From IMG/VR virus record IMGVR_UViG_3300030060_001311, positions 1 to 64,000 of that record: a stretch of DNA of 64,000 bases; one strand, written 5' to 3'. The DNA is from an uncultured virus (IMG/VR IMGVR_UViG_3300030060_001311) (taxonomy: Duplodnaviria > Heunggongvirae > Uroviricota > Caudoviricetes). The translations under genes were made by a program, and so were the position numbers. The notes beneath the pieces are model-generated. The model was not told the origin of the DNA, made no database searches, and saw only the letters and a list, made by a program, of their open reading frames with translations. Position 1 is the stretch's first letter. Each line of letters opens with the position of its first letter. Of this stretch, positions 30,547-40,121 are shown piece by piece.

Positions 30547-32973
30547 TTATTCTCCGTTTTGTTTTCGAGTTTCTCGAACTGTTTTAACTAATTCCGTATA
30601 GTTCTTTTCTGCATCAACTTTAGCTCTTTGCTCTAGTTCTTGCAATTCTATTGCGGCTCTAGTATCTTGTACACGTAAATCAGCTTCAATTTTTTCGCGT
30701 TTAATCTGTGCATCTAGTTCAGCTTTCATTGCAGCTAATTGTGCATCTCTTTGATCATCGCCTTCTTTTTGCATCAACTGTTCTCTTTCAAGCTGTAATT
30801 GCTGTTCAAACATTTGTCTTTGTGGATCTGGTGTTTGCATCGCTGCTGCCATTGCTTGTGCTTGACCTGTTACTTGTTGTGTTGCCGCTTGTGCCATCAA
30901 CGCAATCTCGTTCATCATTTCAGGCGGCATTTGTCCTGTTTGTATTTCTGGTAACGGTTGTCCCATTGCTTGTTCTATTTGTATTCTATATAACATAGCT
31001 TGGTGTTCTTGTATGTTTGCACCTATTGCTTGTTGAGCTACAGGATTTTGTTGCACCATTGGATTTTGCATAAATGCACTATGTGCGGCTATATAAGCTT
31101 CATGATTTTGAAACTCGTAAGCTCTTATTGGCGTACCTGTTAAAACTGCTTGTTGTTCACTAATAGGATCGCGTGGGGGTACTTCTTGTTCAGGTGGAAG
31201 TAGTGCATCAATATCTTTTATATTTAATGCGATATACATTTTCTTATATGACTCACGTAAATCATGTAATTGTGGTGCTGATTGTGCCATTTGCAACTGA
31301 GTTTGAGCTAATGTGATTCTTTGCGTCATACTAAAGATATTCGGGTCAGAAACAGGAATAACGTCTACAGAACCATCGAAATCTTGTTTAAATACGTTTT
31401 CTGAAGCACCTTGTACTTGATAAGGGTATTCAGGTGGTAAAAACTCACCAAATACTCTTTTTAATATTTTAAATTCACATCTTTGTGCATAATGTAATCT
31501 TTTATGGATTGCGGACATAACTCGTTGTCCTTTTTCCATTAATGCTACGGTTGTACCTACAGGAGCTTCAGAATTACCATCGCCTGTTGGATCTTCTACT
31601 GTTGCTGCAAATCTTTTTCCTGAATCAACTAAAGCACCTAATAAAGTAGCTAATGTACCACTTGGTTCTTTGTAGGGTAGTGGTAAAAACGCATCTTGTA
31701 GTCTACCTCCAGGAGCATCGACATCACGCCACTCTCCAGGTTGTAACGGATCATCATGACGCTGTATATTTAGTCCTCGTGATTTAAATCCTGCTGGTAA
31801 ATTAGAAAGCGTACCTGCATCAATCAACTGACGTAAAATTGAAGTTACTGATTTAGTTAAACCGCCCATCATATGAATTAAACCAAAACCATAAAAACCT
31901 AATCCTGGAAGAAATTTATAATGTGTAAAATATTCAATCTTTTTACGCATTGGATCGTTTTGATCGTAGTTAGGTCGGATAGCTAATACTTTATTATTAT
32001 CTTTACAAATAGTAACAATATAAGGTAACGCTAATCCTGTTTCTTCACCGTTAGCGTCTACATCTTCGAACCCTTCAAGGTCTAAATTGACATGCATTTC
32101 TAATAAAGTAAATTCTTCGTCGCTTATTGTTCTAGTTAAGCCTTGAAGTTCATCAATTTTATCATCTACCTCTGTTAAATCAAGATTACTTGCTGGAGAC
32201 ATCATTTCAGTGTCTTTATAAAACCCAGAAAGTTGTAATTTACGTAATTCGTTCTCATTCATATGAATAACGTGAGTAATTCTAGGTGCAGTAAGTAAAT
32301 CTACTGCGTAATACGGCACAACAAGGTGTTCTGACTTAACAAAACGTGCAACTGCACGTCCTAACGCAGGATCATAGTAAACTTTTTTGAAAGCGGAGCC
32401 AGAAAGCGGTAAATAAAAAAGTAATTGATCCATTTCAGGGTCATATTCTTCCATTTTGTAAGTAATTTGGTAATTCATGAAGTTTTTTACCCGATTTGCC
32501 TTTTCCATCTTAGCATTATCGGTAATTCCTAAAACTTCTGTATCTACAGGTCCACCTGCAGGTAACATTTCTTTATAAGCTTGAGCTTGGAACTGAGTTA
32601 CTGCTTCTGCAAGGATCGGATGGTGTACTCCTGAGGCTCCAACGAAAGGTTGTGATCTAGAATCAGAACTAATTCCTAATAATTCTAAACCTTCACTGTA
32701 TGTTTGAAACCAATCATCTCTAGAATCTAAATCTTCTTCGTAAGATGCAACTAATTCTGAGGCTATTGTGTTTAATTCACGGTCATCTAAAACTTCTGCT
32801 AAGTTTTCACCAAACTTAGAAGGCATTTCTTCTTCCATCTCGCTACCGCGAACTATAGAACCGTCAGGTTGAACAAAAAGTTCAGTTTCTTCCTCGGGTT
32901 GTTGTACTATTTCCAGCTCGATTGGGTCTTCAGAACCAGAACGCATAGGAATTGCTTGTTTTTCAATAGCCAT
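30547..32973 (-). CDS. Portal protein
   Basis: 808 aa following TerL; GSAFKKVY, GFYGFG, Gln-rich C-terminal barrel. Confidence 0.85.
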   Translation of the reverse strand: MAIEKQAIPMRSGSEDPIELEIVQQPEEETELFVQPDGSIVRGSEMEEEMPSKFGENLAEVLDDRELNTIASELVASYEEDLDSRDDWFQTYSEGLELLGISSDSRSQPFVGASGVHHPILAEAVTQFQAQAYKEMLPAGGPVDTEVLGITDNAKMEKANRVKNFMNYQITYKMEEYDPEMDQLLFYLPLSGSAFKKVYYDPALGRAVARFVKSEHLVVPYYAVDLLTAPRITHVIHMNENELRKLQLSGFYKDTEMMSPASNLDLTEVDDKIDELQGLTRTISDEEFTLLEMHVNLDLEGFEDVDANGEETGLALPYIVTICKDNNKVLAIRPNYDQNDPMRKKIEYFTHYKFLPGLGFYGFGLIHMMGGLTKSVTSILRQLIDAGTLSNLPAGFKSRGLNIQRHDDPLQPGEWRDVDAPGGRLQDAFLPLPYKEPSGTLATLLGALVDSGKRFAATVEDPTGDGNSEAPVGTTVALMEKGQRVMSAIHKRLHYAQRCEFKILKRVFGEFLPPEYPYQVQGASENVFKQDFDGSVDVIPVSDPNIFSMTQRITLAQTQLQMAQSAPQLHDLRESYKKMYIALNIKDIDALLPPEQEVPPRDPISEQQAVLTGTPIRAYEFQNHEAYIAAHSAFMQNPMVQQNPVAQQAIGANIQEHQAMLYRIQIEQAMGQPLPEIQTGQMPPEMMNEIALMAQAATQQVTGQAQAMAAAMQTPDPQRQMFEQQLQLEREQLMQKEGDDQRDAQLAAMKAELDAQIKREKIEADLRVQDTRAAIELQELEQRAKVDAEKNYTELVKTVRETRKQNGE

Positions 32974-32999
32974 GGTTGTACATCATAGTATGATTTTCC

Positions 33000-34526
33000 T
33001 TAATAATAAACCCTTTCTCCATGATAGGGTTCTTCTTCCTCAAAATAATCGCTAGAAAGCGTTAAAAAACCACCTTCTCTGAATCTAGCAAGGGCTAAAG
33101 TAGTAGCATCGACTAAGTCATCGTTTTCGCCGTTAGGAAAATCAGAAACTTCGTCCATTAATTCTTCGCCCCATCTATTATCGGGGACCCATACTCTTCC
33201 ATCTTGAAAAATAGGGGAAACAGAATTTAATCTAGCTATTTTATCTTGTCCTTTTCCAGGAGAAAAAGTGTTTACAGGTATGCCCATTCTACGTAATTCT
33301 TGTACTAGTGGTAAACCACTAGCTTTTGCTTCAATAATTACTGTATCTGGATCCCAATAATCATATAAACGTAAAGCTTCAGCTTTTAATTCAGGAAAAT
33401 CGTAACGTTCTTTTACACAATCAATCAAAATTAAATGAGCTTCGTTGCCGTGATAGTATTCTTCGCCTATTTTACCTTCAGGATAAAAAACTCCCCACGT
33501 TGTTATTGCAGTATAGTCAGCTCTTTCTGATTTTAAAAACGCTGTATCAAAACTTTGTATCAAATAATCGCATTGCGGAGGTTTTTCTTCGTCCCAAACC
33601 ATAAACCAGTCTTTAGGTATAATCGAAATACCTTCACCTGTGGGTCTTTGCATATATTGAGCCGCCCATTTTCCTGGACTAACTGATGCTTTTATACTTT
33701 CGAGTTCTTCTAATTTCCAAAAATTATCCCATAACGGTTTACCGCTTGGTAATATTGCAGGAAACTCAATAACTTCCCATTGGTCTGCTCCAGGATCTTG
33801 TGCCATTTTCTTAATTAATCGTCCTGTAAGATCTTTTTTATTCCAACGGGTCATCACAATAACGATCGCACCTCCAGGCTGTAACCTTTGTCGTGGACCT
33901 GCCATAAACCATTCATAAGCTTCGTCCATGGCTTTATCGGACATAGCGTCTTGTTCTGAATGTGGATCGTCAATAATAAATAAATCCGCACCTCTTCCTG
34001 CTAATGCACCACCAATACCTGCTGCGTAATATTCACCGCCTTTATTTGTTAACCATTTACCTGCAGAACGGCTATCTGCTTTTAGCTCTGTTTCAGGAAA
34101 TAAAGCTGCGTATTCTTCGCCGTCAATTAAATCCCTAACTTTACGACCGAAGTTCACTGCAAGGTCAGCGGTATGGGTTGCTTCTATAATTTTTAATTTA
34201 GGATTTTTACCTAAAAGATACGCAGGGAACAAATGTGATGCAAACTCAGATTTAGTATGACGAGGTGGCATATTAATAATTAAACGTTTGAGTTTACCTG
34301 TAGCGATATCATCAAAAGCTTTTGCCATTTTAACGTGATGATCGCCGTTTATAAATTCAAGCCAAATAGATTTAACAAAATCTAAAAACGTACCCGTAGC
34401 TTTTTCTTGGAATTCACGTTTTTCTAATTCTTCTAAAAGAATAGTAAATTCTTTAGCTTCTGCTTTAGATAAATGGGAAACATCTATTTCCCGTAAAGCT
34501 GCTAACTTATTTGCGTTAGATGTCAT
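33000..34526 (-). CDS. terL: Terminase large subunit
   Basis: NMPPRHTKS Walker A, IIDDPH Walker B, MTRW, DDLVDA nuclease motif. Confidence 0.95.
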   Translation of the reverse strand: MTSNANKLAALREIDVSHLSKAEAKEFTILLEELEKREFQEKATGTFLDFVKSIWLEFINGDHHVKMAKAFDDIATGKLKRLIINMPPRHTKSEFASHLFPAYLLGKNPKLKIIEATHTADLAVNFGRKVRDLIDGEEYAALFPETELKADSRSAGKWLTNKGGEYYAAGIGGALAGRGADLFIIDDPHSEQDAMSDKAMDEAYEWFMAGPRQRLQPGGAIVIVMTRWNKKDLTGRLIKKMAQDPGADQWEVIEFPAILPSGKPLWDNFWKLEELESIKASVSPGKWAAQYMQRPTGEGISIIPKDWFMVWDEEKPPQCDYLIQSFDTAFLKSERADYTAITTWGVFYPEGKIGEEYYHGNEAHLILIDCVKERYDFPELKAEALRLYDYWDPDTVIIEAKASGLPLVQELRRMGIPVNTFSPGKGQDKIARLNSVSPIFQDGRVWVPDNRWGEELMDEVSDFPNGENDDLVDATTLALARFREGGFLTLSSDYFEEEEPYHGERVYY

Positions 34527-35599
34527 TTATTAAAGTTTAGATAAGCTCGTATAAAATCATCAAGTTGATCAGCAGGTATTTCTCCTGTAATATTTAAAGC
34601 TTCAGGGTTTAAAGCTAAAACCGTTTCTCCTTCGCCTTTAAAATTTCTAGGTGGAAACAATATAGAATCGTAATCTTTTTTGATTAGTTGATTAGCTATG
34701 TCTTCAGAAAATTGTGCAGGTGTTTTATTTACACTTCCTGCTCCGCCTTCTAACATCGTATCTAATTGATATTGCATTCGTCTAAGCGGCATATTAGTTC
34801 GGATTGCATCCCTATTTGGTCTTTTTGTGTCTCTACTTGGTCTAGATATATACTGCAACATATCATCTAACGAACCTCGAACGTCAGAAGGCATATTTTC
34901 TATATCTAAAGTTCTATTAAAATTAGGGGTGATTCTATACGCAGAACCTTTTTCAGAAAATGATTTAAGTCTAGGATCAGCAGGATTTACAACAGAATAA
35001 ATACCTCCTGAAGAAGGATAACGTTGTCCTGTTTTAAGATGTCCTGGATGATTTAATTCTTTAGGTAATTTTAAAGATCCAAGACCTTTTTCAATACCTG
35101 TTACAGGGCTACCGTGAAAAATACTTATCGTACTTAGTTCTGCGGCTTTTCGTTCTCCTGGATCTTTGATATTACTAATAGCTTTATCACGTTTACTTGT
35201 TAACGTTTTAATTTCGCGTTCTATTTTATTTGCAGCATTGACAGCAAACTGTCCGTCGCCACCGTCTGCATTACGCATTTCTCTTCTGTAATCAAATCTA
35301 AGTTTTTTAATTTGATCGTTTAATTTAGCGACTGCAGGAATAACCGCCATTTTTAATCCTGCTCCCGTAGGTCCAAGGAGGTCTAAATACGATAAAGCCT
35401 CACCGAATTTATCACCACGACGTTTAGCTAGTTCGGTAGAAATTCCAGGAATAAATTCAGATATACCACGAAGGGCTTTTTTCAACGGATCACCGCCTGA
35501 AACTTGTTGGGCTGTTAGATCACCTTGAATATAATCAAGGTATCGATCCATCAAACTTTGGTTTTCTATAGGTGCTGCGATGGATTCAGGGGTAGCCAT
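34523..35599 (-). CDS. Protein with putative C-terminal ADP-ribosyltransferase-like domain
   Basis: IFHGS...GIYS...YDSILF...GETVLALNP. Confidence 0.4.
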   Translation of the reverse strand: MATPESIAAPIENQSLMDRYLDYIQGDLTAQQVSGGDPLKKALRGISEFIPGISTELAKRRGDKFGEALSYLDLLGPTGAGLKMAVIPAVAKLNDQIKKLRFDYRREMRNADGGDGQFAVNAANKIEREIKTLTSKRDKAISNIKDPGERKAAELSTISIFHGSPVTGIEKGLGSLKLPKELNHPGHLKTGQRYPSSGGIYSVVNPADPRLKSFSEKGSAYRITPNFNRTLDIENMPSDVRGSLDDMLQYISRPSRDTKRPNRDAIRTNMPLRRMQYQLDTMLEGGAGSVNKTPAQFSEDIANQLIKKDYDSILFPPRNFKGEGETVLALNPEALNITGEIPADQLDDFIRAYLNFNK

Positions 35600-36219
35600 T
35601 ATTTAGTAGGTGGTTCTAATAACTTTCTTAGGTGTGCTTTTGTTTCTTCATCAAGGTTATCATAAATCATCCCCGCAGTCGCGTATGCTCCTACCCCCGC
35701 ACCTGCACCTCCAAAAATATTCATTGCTGTATCTGAAATGCCTAATTGTTTATAAAGAGGGTCAGCAACAGGTTGAAGGAGAAATCGATCTACACCAGAG
35801 GGAGAAGGATAGGTTGGTCCACGTTCACCTCGTTTAGCCATTGCGGCATGGTTACGAACTAAGAACTTATGAAGCTTGTCCGCCTTAGCTTGTTTTAATC
35901 TTAGTCTTTCGATCTCTGGATTAGGTAGTCGTGGTGATACTCGTGGTGCTCCTGATCGTGTAGTAGTTTTTCTTGCTATTTCATCTACAGGTAACATAAA
36001 TCTTTGCCGTCCTACATTGATTGCACTTCTAGCTGCATTTTTAGGCAGCATTGCCATAGTCATCAAAAAATCATCTTGAGCTTTTTGGTTAGCTATCATT
36101 TGGTTTAAAGGATCTAAGGTAGGTTCGGTATCTGACGCATTTTCTAACATAGAATAATAAACGTCAGGCATTTCTTCGTCTGATAAAAGCAATTCGGTTA
36201 TACGATCGAGATCCGCCAT
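35599..36219 (-). CDS. Hypothetical protein
   Basis: ORF with C-terminal Gly/Ala hydrophobic segment; possibly leaderless from second ATG. Confidence 0.5.
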   Translation of the reverse strand: MADLDRITELLLSDEEMPDVYYSMLENASDTEPTLDPLNQMIANQKAQDDFLMTMAMLPKNAARSAINVGRQRFMLPVDEIARKTTTRSGAPRVSPRLPNPEIERLRLKQAKADKLHKFLVRNHAAMAKRGERGPTYPSPSGVDRFLLQPVADPLYKQLGISDTAMNIFGGAGAGVGAYATAGMIYDNLDEETKAHLRKLLEPPTK

Positions 36220-36274
36220 CATCGAAGTATAAGCTAACTACCAACAGAATGTAAAACGAATTAAAGTAAAGCGG

Positions 36275-36592
36275 TTAGGGCGATGGGTGGGAACCTTGGT
36301 TCGCGGTAGCTTTTTTCTTAGCCCGTCGTTCCCTAGCCTTAAAATTTAGACTATCTTTTGTATTGCGTATTTCATCTTCCATGTCTGACCAAAAGGCATC
36401 CCTGAACAACTGTTCGTGGTCCGCGGATAATTTAGTATGAATAATTAAATCTTTTTCTTTAGGAATCCAATCTTCCCAAAACTGTTTACGTTGATCTGAC
36501 CATTGCCATTTGATTTCACCTAACTCAGGTTTTGCGTAAATGTGATAACCGAATATTAATGGTTCTTTAAATTTTGGTACTGTTTTTGGCAT
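36275..36592 (-). CDS. Hypothetical protein
   Basis: 105-aa ORF adjacent to spanin stop. Confidence 0.5.
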   Translation of the reverse strand: MPKTVPKFKEPLIFGYHIYAKPELGEIKWQWSDQRKQFWEDWIPKEKDLIIHTKLSADHEQLFRDAFWSDMEDEIRNTKDSLNFKARERRAKKKATANQGSHPSP

Positions 36593-36973
36593 TTATTTTT
36601 CTTGCGGCATAGTTACTTTTCTATAATATACAACCACATCTTTAAGTTCCGTTATATAACGTTTTATTTCTTGCATATTATAAGCCATAACTTCGTAATC
36701 AGGAATTGTCATAGCCAAGAAGACTAGTTCACCCTCTTGTTCTTCTATCCTTGCTAATTGGTCTTCCCAGTTATCAGGAGTTATTGCAATCCACTGTAAT
36801 TCTTTTAAATCTATTTCTCGCGGCATAATAGGTTGTACTATTTGCCGTTCCATAGGTTTTGCAGTTATTTGTATCGGATTAGTTGGTAGTAGGCTGCAAC
36901 TGGAGCCCATCATCAAGACTGTCAACAGTGCCGCTGACTTTCTCGATATCTTCCATGATATGTTTTGTACCAT
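36593..36973 (-). CDS. Outer-membrane spanin-like lipoprotein (start uncertain)
   Basis: Hydrophobic stretch plus Cys (LLTVLMMGSSC); overlaps 3' end of i-spanin-like gene. Confidence 0.55.
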   Translation of the reverse strand: MVQNISWKISRKSAALLTVLMMGSSCSLLPTNPIQITAKPMERQIVQPIMPREIDLKELQWIAITPDNWEDQLARIEEQEGELVFLAMTIPDYEVMAYNMQEIKRYITELKDVVVYYRKVTMPQEK

Positions 36974-37274
36974 TATTTATCTTCCTTTCCATTTCTACTG
37001 GATCGTTTAATATTTTAGAAGCTAATTCATAGTTTTGTATAAACTGCGTGTAACGATTTAGTTCTCTTTGTGCTTTTTGACTTTTTACACTTAAGTCTTG
37101 TAACTGTTGAGTTTGTAATTCGAAGTCTGCTTTCATTGATTGAATCGCTTCTTCTTGTGTTGCGACTGCACCTTTTAGTGCGGCGTTGTTAGTTACTAAT
37201 ATTTGATTTTGAGAATAAAAGTAATACGTTGCTAAACTTAATATAAGTATTACACCAATTAATATTTTAGACAT
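36879..37274 (-). CDS. Inner-membrane spanin-like protein
   Basis: N-terminal TM helix plus long coiled coil. Confidence 0.55.
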   Translation of the reverse strand: MSKILIGVILILSLATYYFYSQNQILVTNNAALKGAVATQEEAIQSMKADFELQTQQLQDLSVKSQKAQRELNRYTQFIQNYELASKILNDPVEMERKINNGTKHIMEDIEKVSGTVDSLDDGLQLQPTTN

Positions 37275-37794
37275 CTTTTGTTACTACGTTTTGAAACAGA
37301 TCAAATAAGTCTCTAGGATATATTCCGTCGTGTTGTTTTTGGTATTGTAAAACAGAAGGCATTATTTCTCGGGCAAAAGGAGATAATGTTCGAGAGCCAA
37401 TAATATCGTTGAACTTTGGTTTTTTAACATTTTCTATAAAGAAGTTAATAAAATCTTTATATTCTTTATTAACGAGTTCTGGATTAAGGTCTGTTTCTAC
37501 ATCAGGGTCGTAACCTTCTGAAAAGAAACTATATGGACTTTTTTGATAATCTTTTTGTAGTATGTAGTCAGGGGTAAATCTTTTTCTATCTTCTTGTCTT
37601 AGTTTTTCTAAAAAATCAAGCTGTGCAGCAGATTGTCCTATAGGTTGATCGGGATCTGCGAGTTCATCCATAATCTCATTTATTCGATCAACACGAGGAG
37701 AAGTTTTAACCTCAGGTTCGACTATTAAAGGTCCAGGAAACTCACCTTCCTGTTTCGAAATAATATAATTAGTAAGACCATCTAACAAATCCAT
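37267..37794 (-). CDS. Hypothetical protein, first gene of late block
   Basis: 175-aa ORF; TATACT 6 nt before ATG. Confidence 0.55.
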   Translation of the reverse strand: MDLLDGLTNYIISKQEGEFPGPLIVEPEVKTSPRVDRINEIMDELADPDQPIGQSAAQLDFLEKLRQEDRKRFTPDYILQKDYQKSPYSFFSEGYDPDVETDLNPELVNKEYKDFINFFIENVKKPKFNDIIGSRTLSPFAREIMPSVLQYQKQHDGIYPRDLFDLFQNVVTKDV

Positions 37795-37879
37795 CTCAAA
37801 AGTATAATCGTAAAAAATTTTTTCGCAAAATTTTTTTTCATAGGGACTTATTTGTAAAGTACTTGCAATCGGAAGGCTG

Positions 37880-38013
37880 AACCCAAGGAGCGGCGGAGGG
37901 TGAGGACGTAGATAGCGGCTAGGGGGGTATAGGGGGCGTTGTAAGGGTAGCTATATGTGGGGTAAGGGTAGAGGTAGTCTTGGCAATACTAAAGGCTAGG
38001 GCTAGGGCTAGGG
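37880..38013 (+). repeat. G-rich strand-skewed tract with GGGCTA repeats
   Basis: Multiple runs of 3-6 G; ggctagggctagggctaggg. Confidence 0.7.
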
Positions 38014-38027
38014 TATATCGTAGACAT

Positions 38028-38053
38028 AAAAAAGGGCTACGAATGTAGCCCTT
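38028..38053 (-). terminator. Rho-independent terminator
   Basis: AAGGGCUAC/GUAGCCCUU stem plus U tract. Confidence 0.8.
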
Positions 38054-38071
38054 AGGTAAGGTAGCTAGAGG

Positions 38072-38482
38072 TTAGCTAACTAGTGGTTTAATACCGTTGG
38101 ATTTGTTCCATGCATCAAGACCTTTCATTTTCTTAATGTATGTACACATAATCTTTTGCGGTGTTTGATCGTACAGATCGCCGTTAGCTCTGCACCATGT
38201 CATATCACCTGTAGCCTTTTCTGCTACTTCATTAATCTGTTTTACAGTAGCAGTACCGCCTAGATCATGTATATAACCCAAGACTAGTTGTACTTGTCTA
38301 GGGGCTACTACAAAGTCAGCTAAAGCATTATCAGTCAATGACAATGTCATAGTTAAAGGAACACCACCATTACCACCTTTGCCAGTAGGTGTGAAAGGGT
38401 TAGCACTTATTTCAGCTTTTCTTTTATCTACATTAGCGGTAGCTGTTTTGACCGCTAATCTATCTTTTGCTTTGTTATCCAT
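38072..38482 (-). CDS. Winged-helix-like protein (paralogue 1)
   Basis: PRQVQLVL...ATVKQI...QTPQKIMCTYIKKM. Confidence 0.5.
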   Translation of the reverse strand: MDNKAKDRLAVKTATANVDKRKAEISANPFTPTGKGGNGGVPLTMTLSLTDNALADFVVAPRQVQLVLGYIHDLGGTATVKQINEVAEKATGDMTWCRANGDLYDQTPQKIMCTYIKKMKGLDAWNKSNGIKPLVS

Positions 38483-38652
38483 GTTGGATACCTCTTAGGC
38501 TATTAGTTAGTTAAGTATTAATAAGTTAGCCTATTGCCTTATTAAGTACCTATTATATAACTAAAGTACTTTACTTGTATATAAATAAACCTATTTATTT
38601 TAATTATTTATTAATTAAGATTTTACGGATTTTAGGGATTAAATAACTATAA

Positions 38653-38696
38653 GAATCGCACGAATCTTTTTTATTTTTAAACGAATCGCACGAATC
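38653..38696. repeat. Direct repeat GAATCGCACGAATC x2 (third, palindromic copy at 39252-39265)
   Basis: Exact 14-mers at 38653 and 38683. Confidence 0.85.
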
Positions 38697-38709
38697 TATT
38701 TATTATGTA

Positions 38710-38791
38710 TAGAGTGGAAGGGAAGGGTTGAGTAGAGCGACGGATAGAGTGATAGAGTAGATTAAGTGATAGAGTAGAGCGTAGAGTAGAG
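38710..38791 (+). repeat. Purine-rich TAGAG array (8 copies)
   Basis: TAGAG at 38710, 38733, 38745, 38753, 38770, 38775, 38782, 38787. Confidence 0.8.
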
Positions 38792-38798
38792 CGAGCAC

Positions 38799-38821
38799 AA
38801 AAAAGGGGACCGAAGTCCCCT
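38799..38821 (-). terminator. Rho-independent terminator (same hairpin as after MCP)
   Basis: GGGGAC-UUCG-GUCCCC-U6. Confidence 0.85.
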
Positions 38822-38837
38822 CGTTCGTTAACCGTGG

Positions 38838-39131
38838 TTAGCTGACAGTAATCAGCTTTTCCTTGATCAAACGTTTTCTATAATGAGCCCAAATATCATT
38901 CGGCTCTTGGACTGTTTGCAGTCCCGCTTTGACCAATGCACTCTCGGTCGAACCGTCAGTGCCGATCAGCTCACCCACCGTCATGGTGTGATCTTTCGCA
39001 GCGATTAACGCTTCGATGATCTTCCCTGCTTGAGGTGGGAACTTTCCTTTTGGCGTAGCAATCAAAGTAATCACTGCGTCGTAGTTAATTGACCCTCTTT
39101 GGGCTCCTGCTTGATAGTTTTTATCTATCAT
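38838..39131 (-). CDS. Winged-helix-like protein (paralogue 2)
   Basis: PPQAGKII...MTVGEL...LQTVQEPNDIWAHYRKRL. Confidence 0.5.
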   Translation of the reverse strand: MIDKNYQAGAQRGSINYDAVITLIATPKGKFPPQAGKIIEALIAAKDHTMTVGELIGTDGSTESALVKAGLQTVQEPNDIWAHYRKRLIKEKLITVS

Positions 39132-39185
39132 AATAATTCTCCTTTCTTTAGTTAATTCTTAAATAACCTTTATTTAAGATAAGTA

Positions 39186-39220
39186 TATTATTGCTCAGAT
39201 ACAAGCGAAAGTAAAGCACT
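39186..39220 (-). promoter_or_regulatory. Early-type sigma70-like promoter (GTGCTTTACT box)
   Basis: AGTGCTTTACT-N17-AATAAT; one of ~12 copies. Confidence 0.7.
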
Positions 39221-39265
39221 ATAAAGAGTCCAGGATTACGCCACCAGGAGCGATTCGCACGAATC

Positions 39266-39796
39266 TTAATCCGCGGCTATCTCTCCTTCAACAACTTTTG
39301 CATCCAAAGTTCTTTTCTTAATAAGGTTTTCGAGTCGATCGAGTATGTCGTCCTTTGACATCAGATCGATTTTCGCGGTTAATATTTCACGTCTATCAAT
39401 GTAGAGTCCACCAGCTTTCCCTCGATGGACCTCGGCTGTGATGGCTGCGGATATTTGACCTTGGTCCTTTGCCTCCTCTCTGAGGTCGTGTAGAGTAGAG
39501 AGGTGTGTCTCCAGGGAAACTGCATCTCTCTCCGAAGCTGCGATTTCCAAGTCGATCAAGTAGTTTCGTACAACAGGGTTATGGTTTAGTAATACGCTGC
39601 CTTGTGTCTTCGCACCCTTGCGATCCTTTGTATACCCTGCTTTTATCGCTGCTTCAGTGGCTGTCTGTCCTTTGAAGTACTCTTTACAAAATTTCTTTTG
39701 TTTAGAGTTGAGTGGCTGCCAAATCTTACCCTTGTCGTCAACAAATGATTTACCGTCTTCTGTTGGCATCAATGATGTATAAGTGAGTTGTTTCAT
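39266..39796 (-). CDS. terS: Terminase small subunit
   Basis: LNSKQKKFCKEY...ATEAAIKAGY HTH; AE..RGKA.GLY. Confidence 0.8.
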   Translation of the reverse strand: MKQLTYTSLMPTEDGKSFVDDKGKIWQPLNSKQKKFCKEYFKGQTATEAAIKAGYTKDRKGAKTQGSVLLNHNPVVRNYLIDLEIAASERDAVSLETHLSTLHDLREEAKDQGQISAAITAEVHRGKAGGLYIDRREILTAKIDLMSKDDILDRLENLIKKRTLDAKVVEGEIAAD

Positions 39797-39851
39797 TCTA
39801 CCTCCGAGCTTCGCATAAAGTTATTACAATCATATTAGTTTTATTATCAAA

Positions 39852-40032
39852 TAAATAGTTTTCTCATGCCCTCTAGGTAATCTTACCATAGTTTCTAATA
39901 GACTAATAGAATTCTATTAGTTTTGCAGAACTAAAGAATAGAGTAACCAAGAGACTTACAGAACGAATCTATTAGTTTATTAGAGATATTAGTACATTTG
40001 AAAAACTTTTTTCAAAAACTTTTTTAATTTCT
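39852..40032. repeat. Left arm of ~180-bp imperfect inverted repeat (partner 62044-62213)
   Basis: 39852-39875 is exact reverse complement of 62190-62213; further matching blocks. Confidence 0.85.
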
Positions 40033-40121
40033 CAGATAACAATACACATAGATTAATAGAATGTGATAGACATAAAAAACCCCCGACCAACACACCGCTG
40101 ACCGAGGGCAAAGATTAGATA

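Noticed and set aside
38653..38795. Possible mini-CRISPR array
   Set aside because: Repeats of 5-14 nt, no regular 30-40-nt unique spacers, no cas genes
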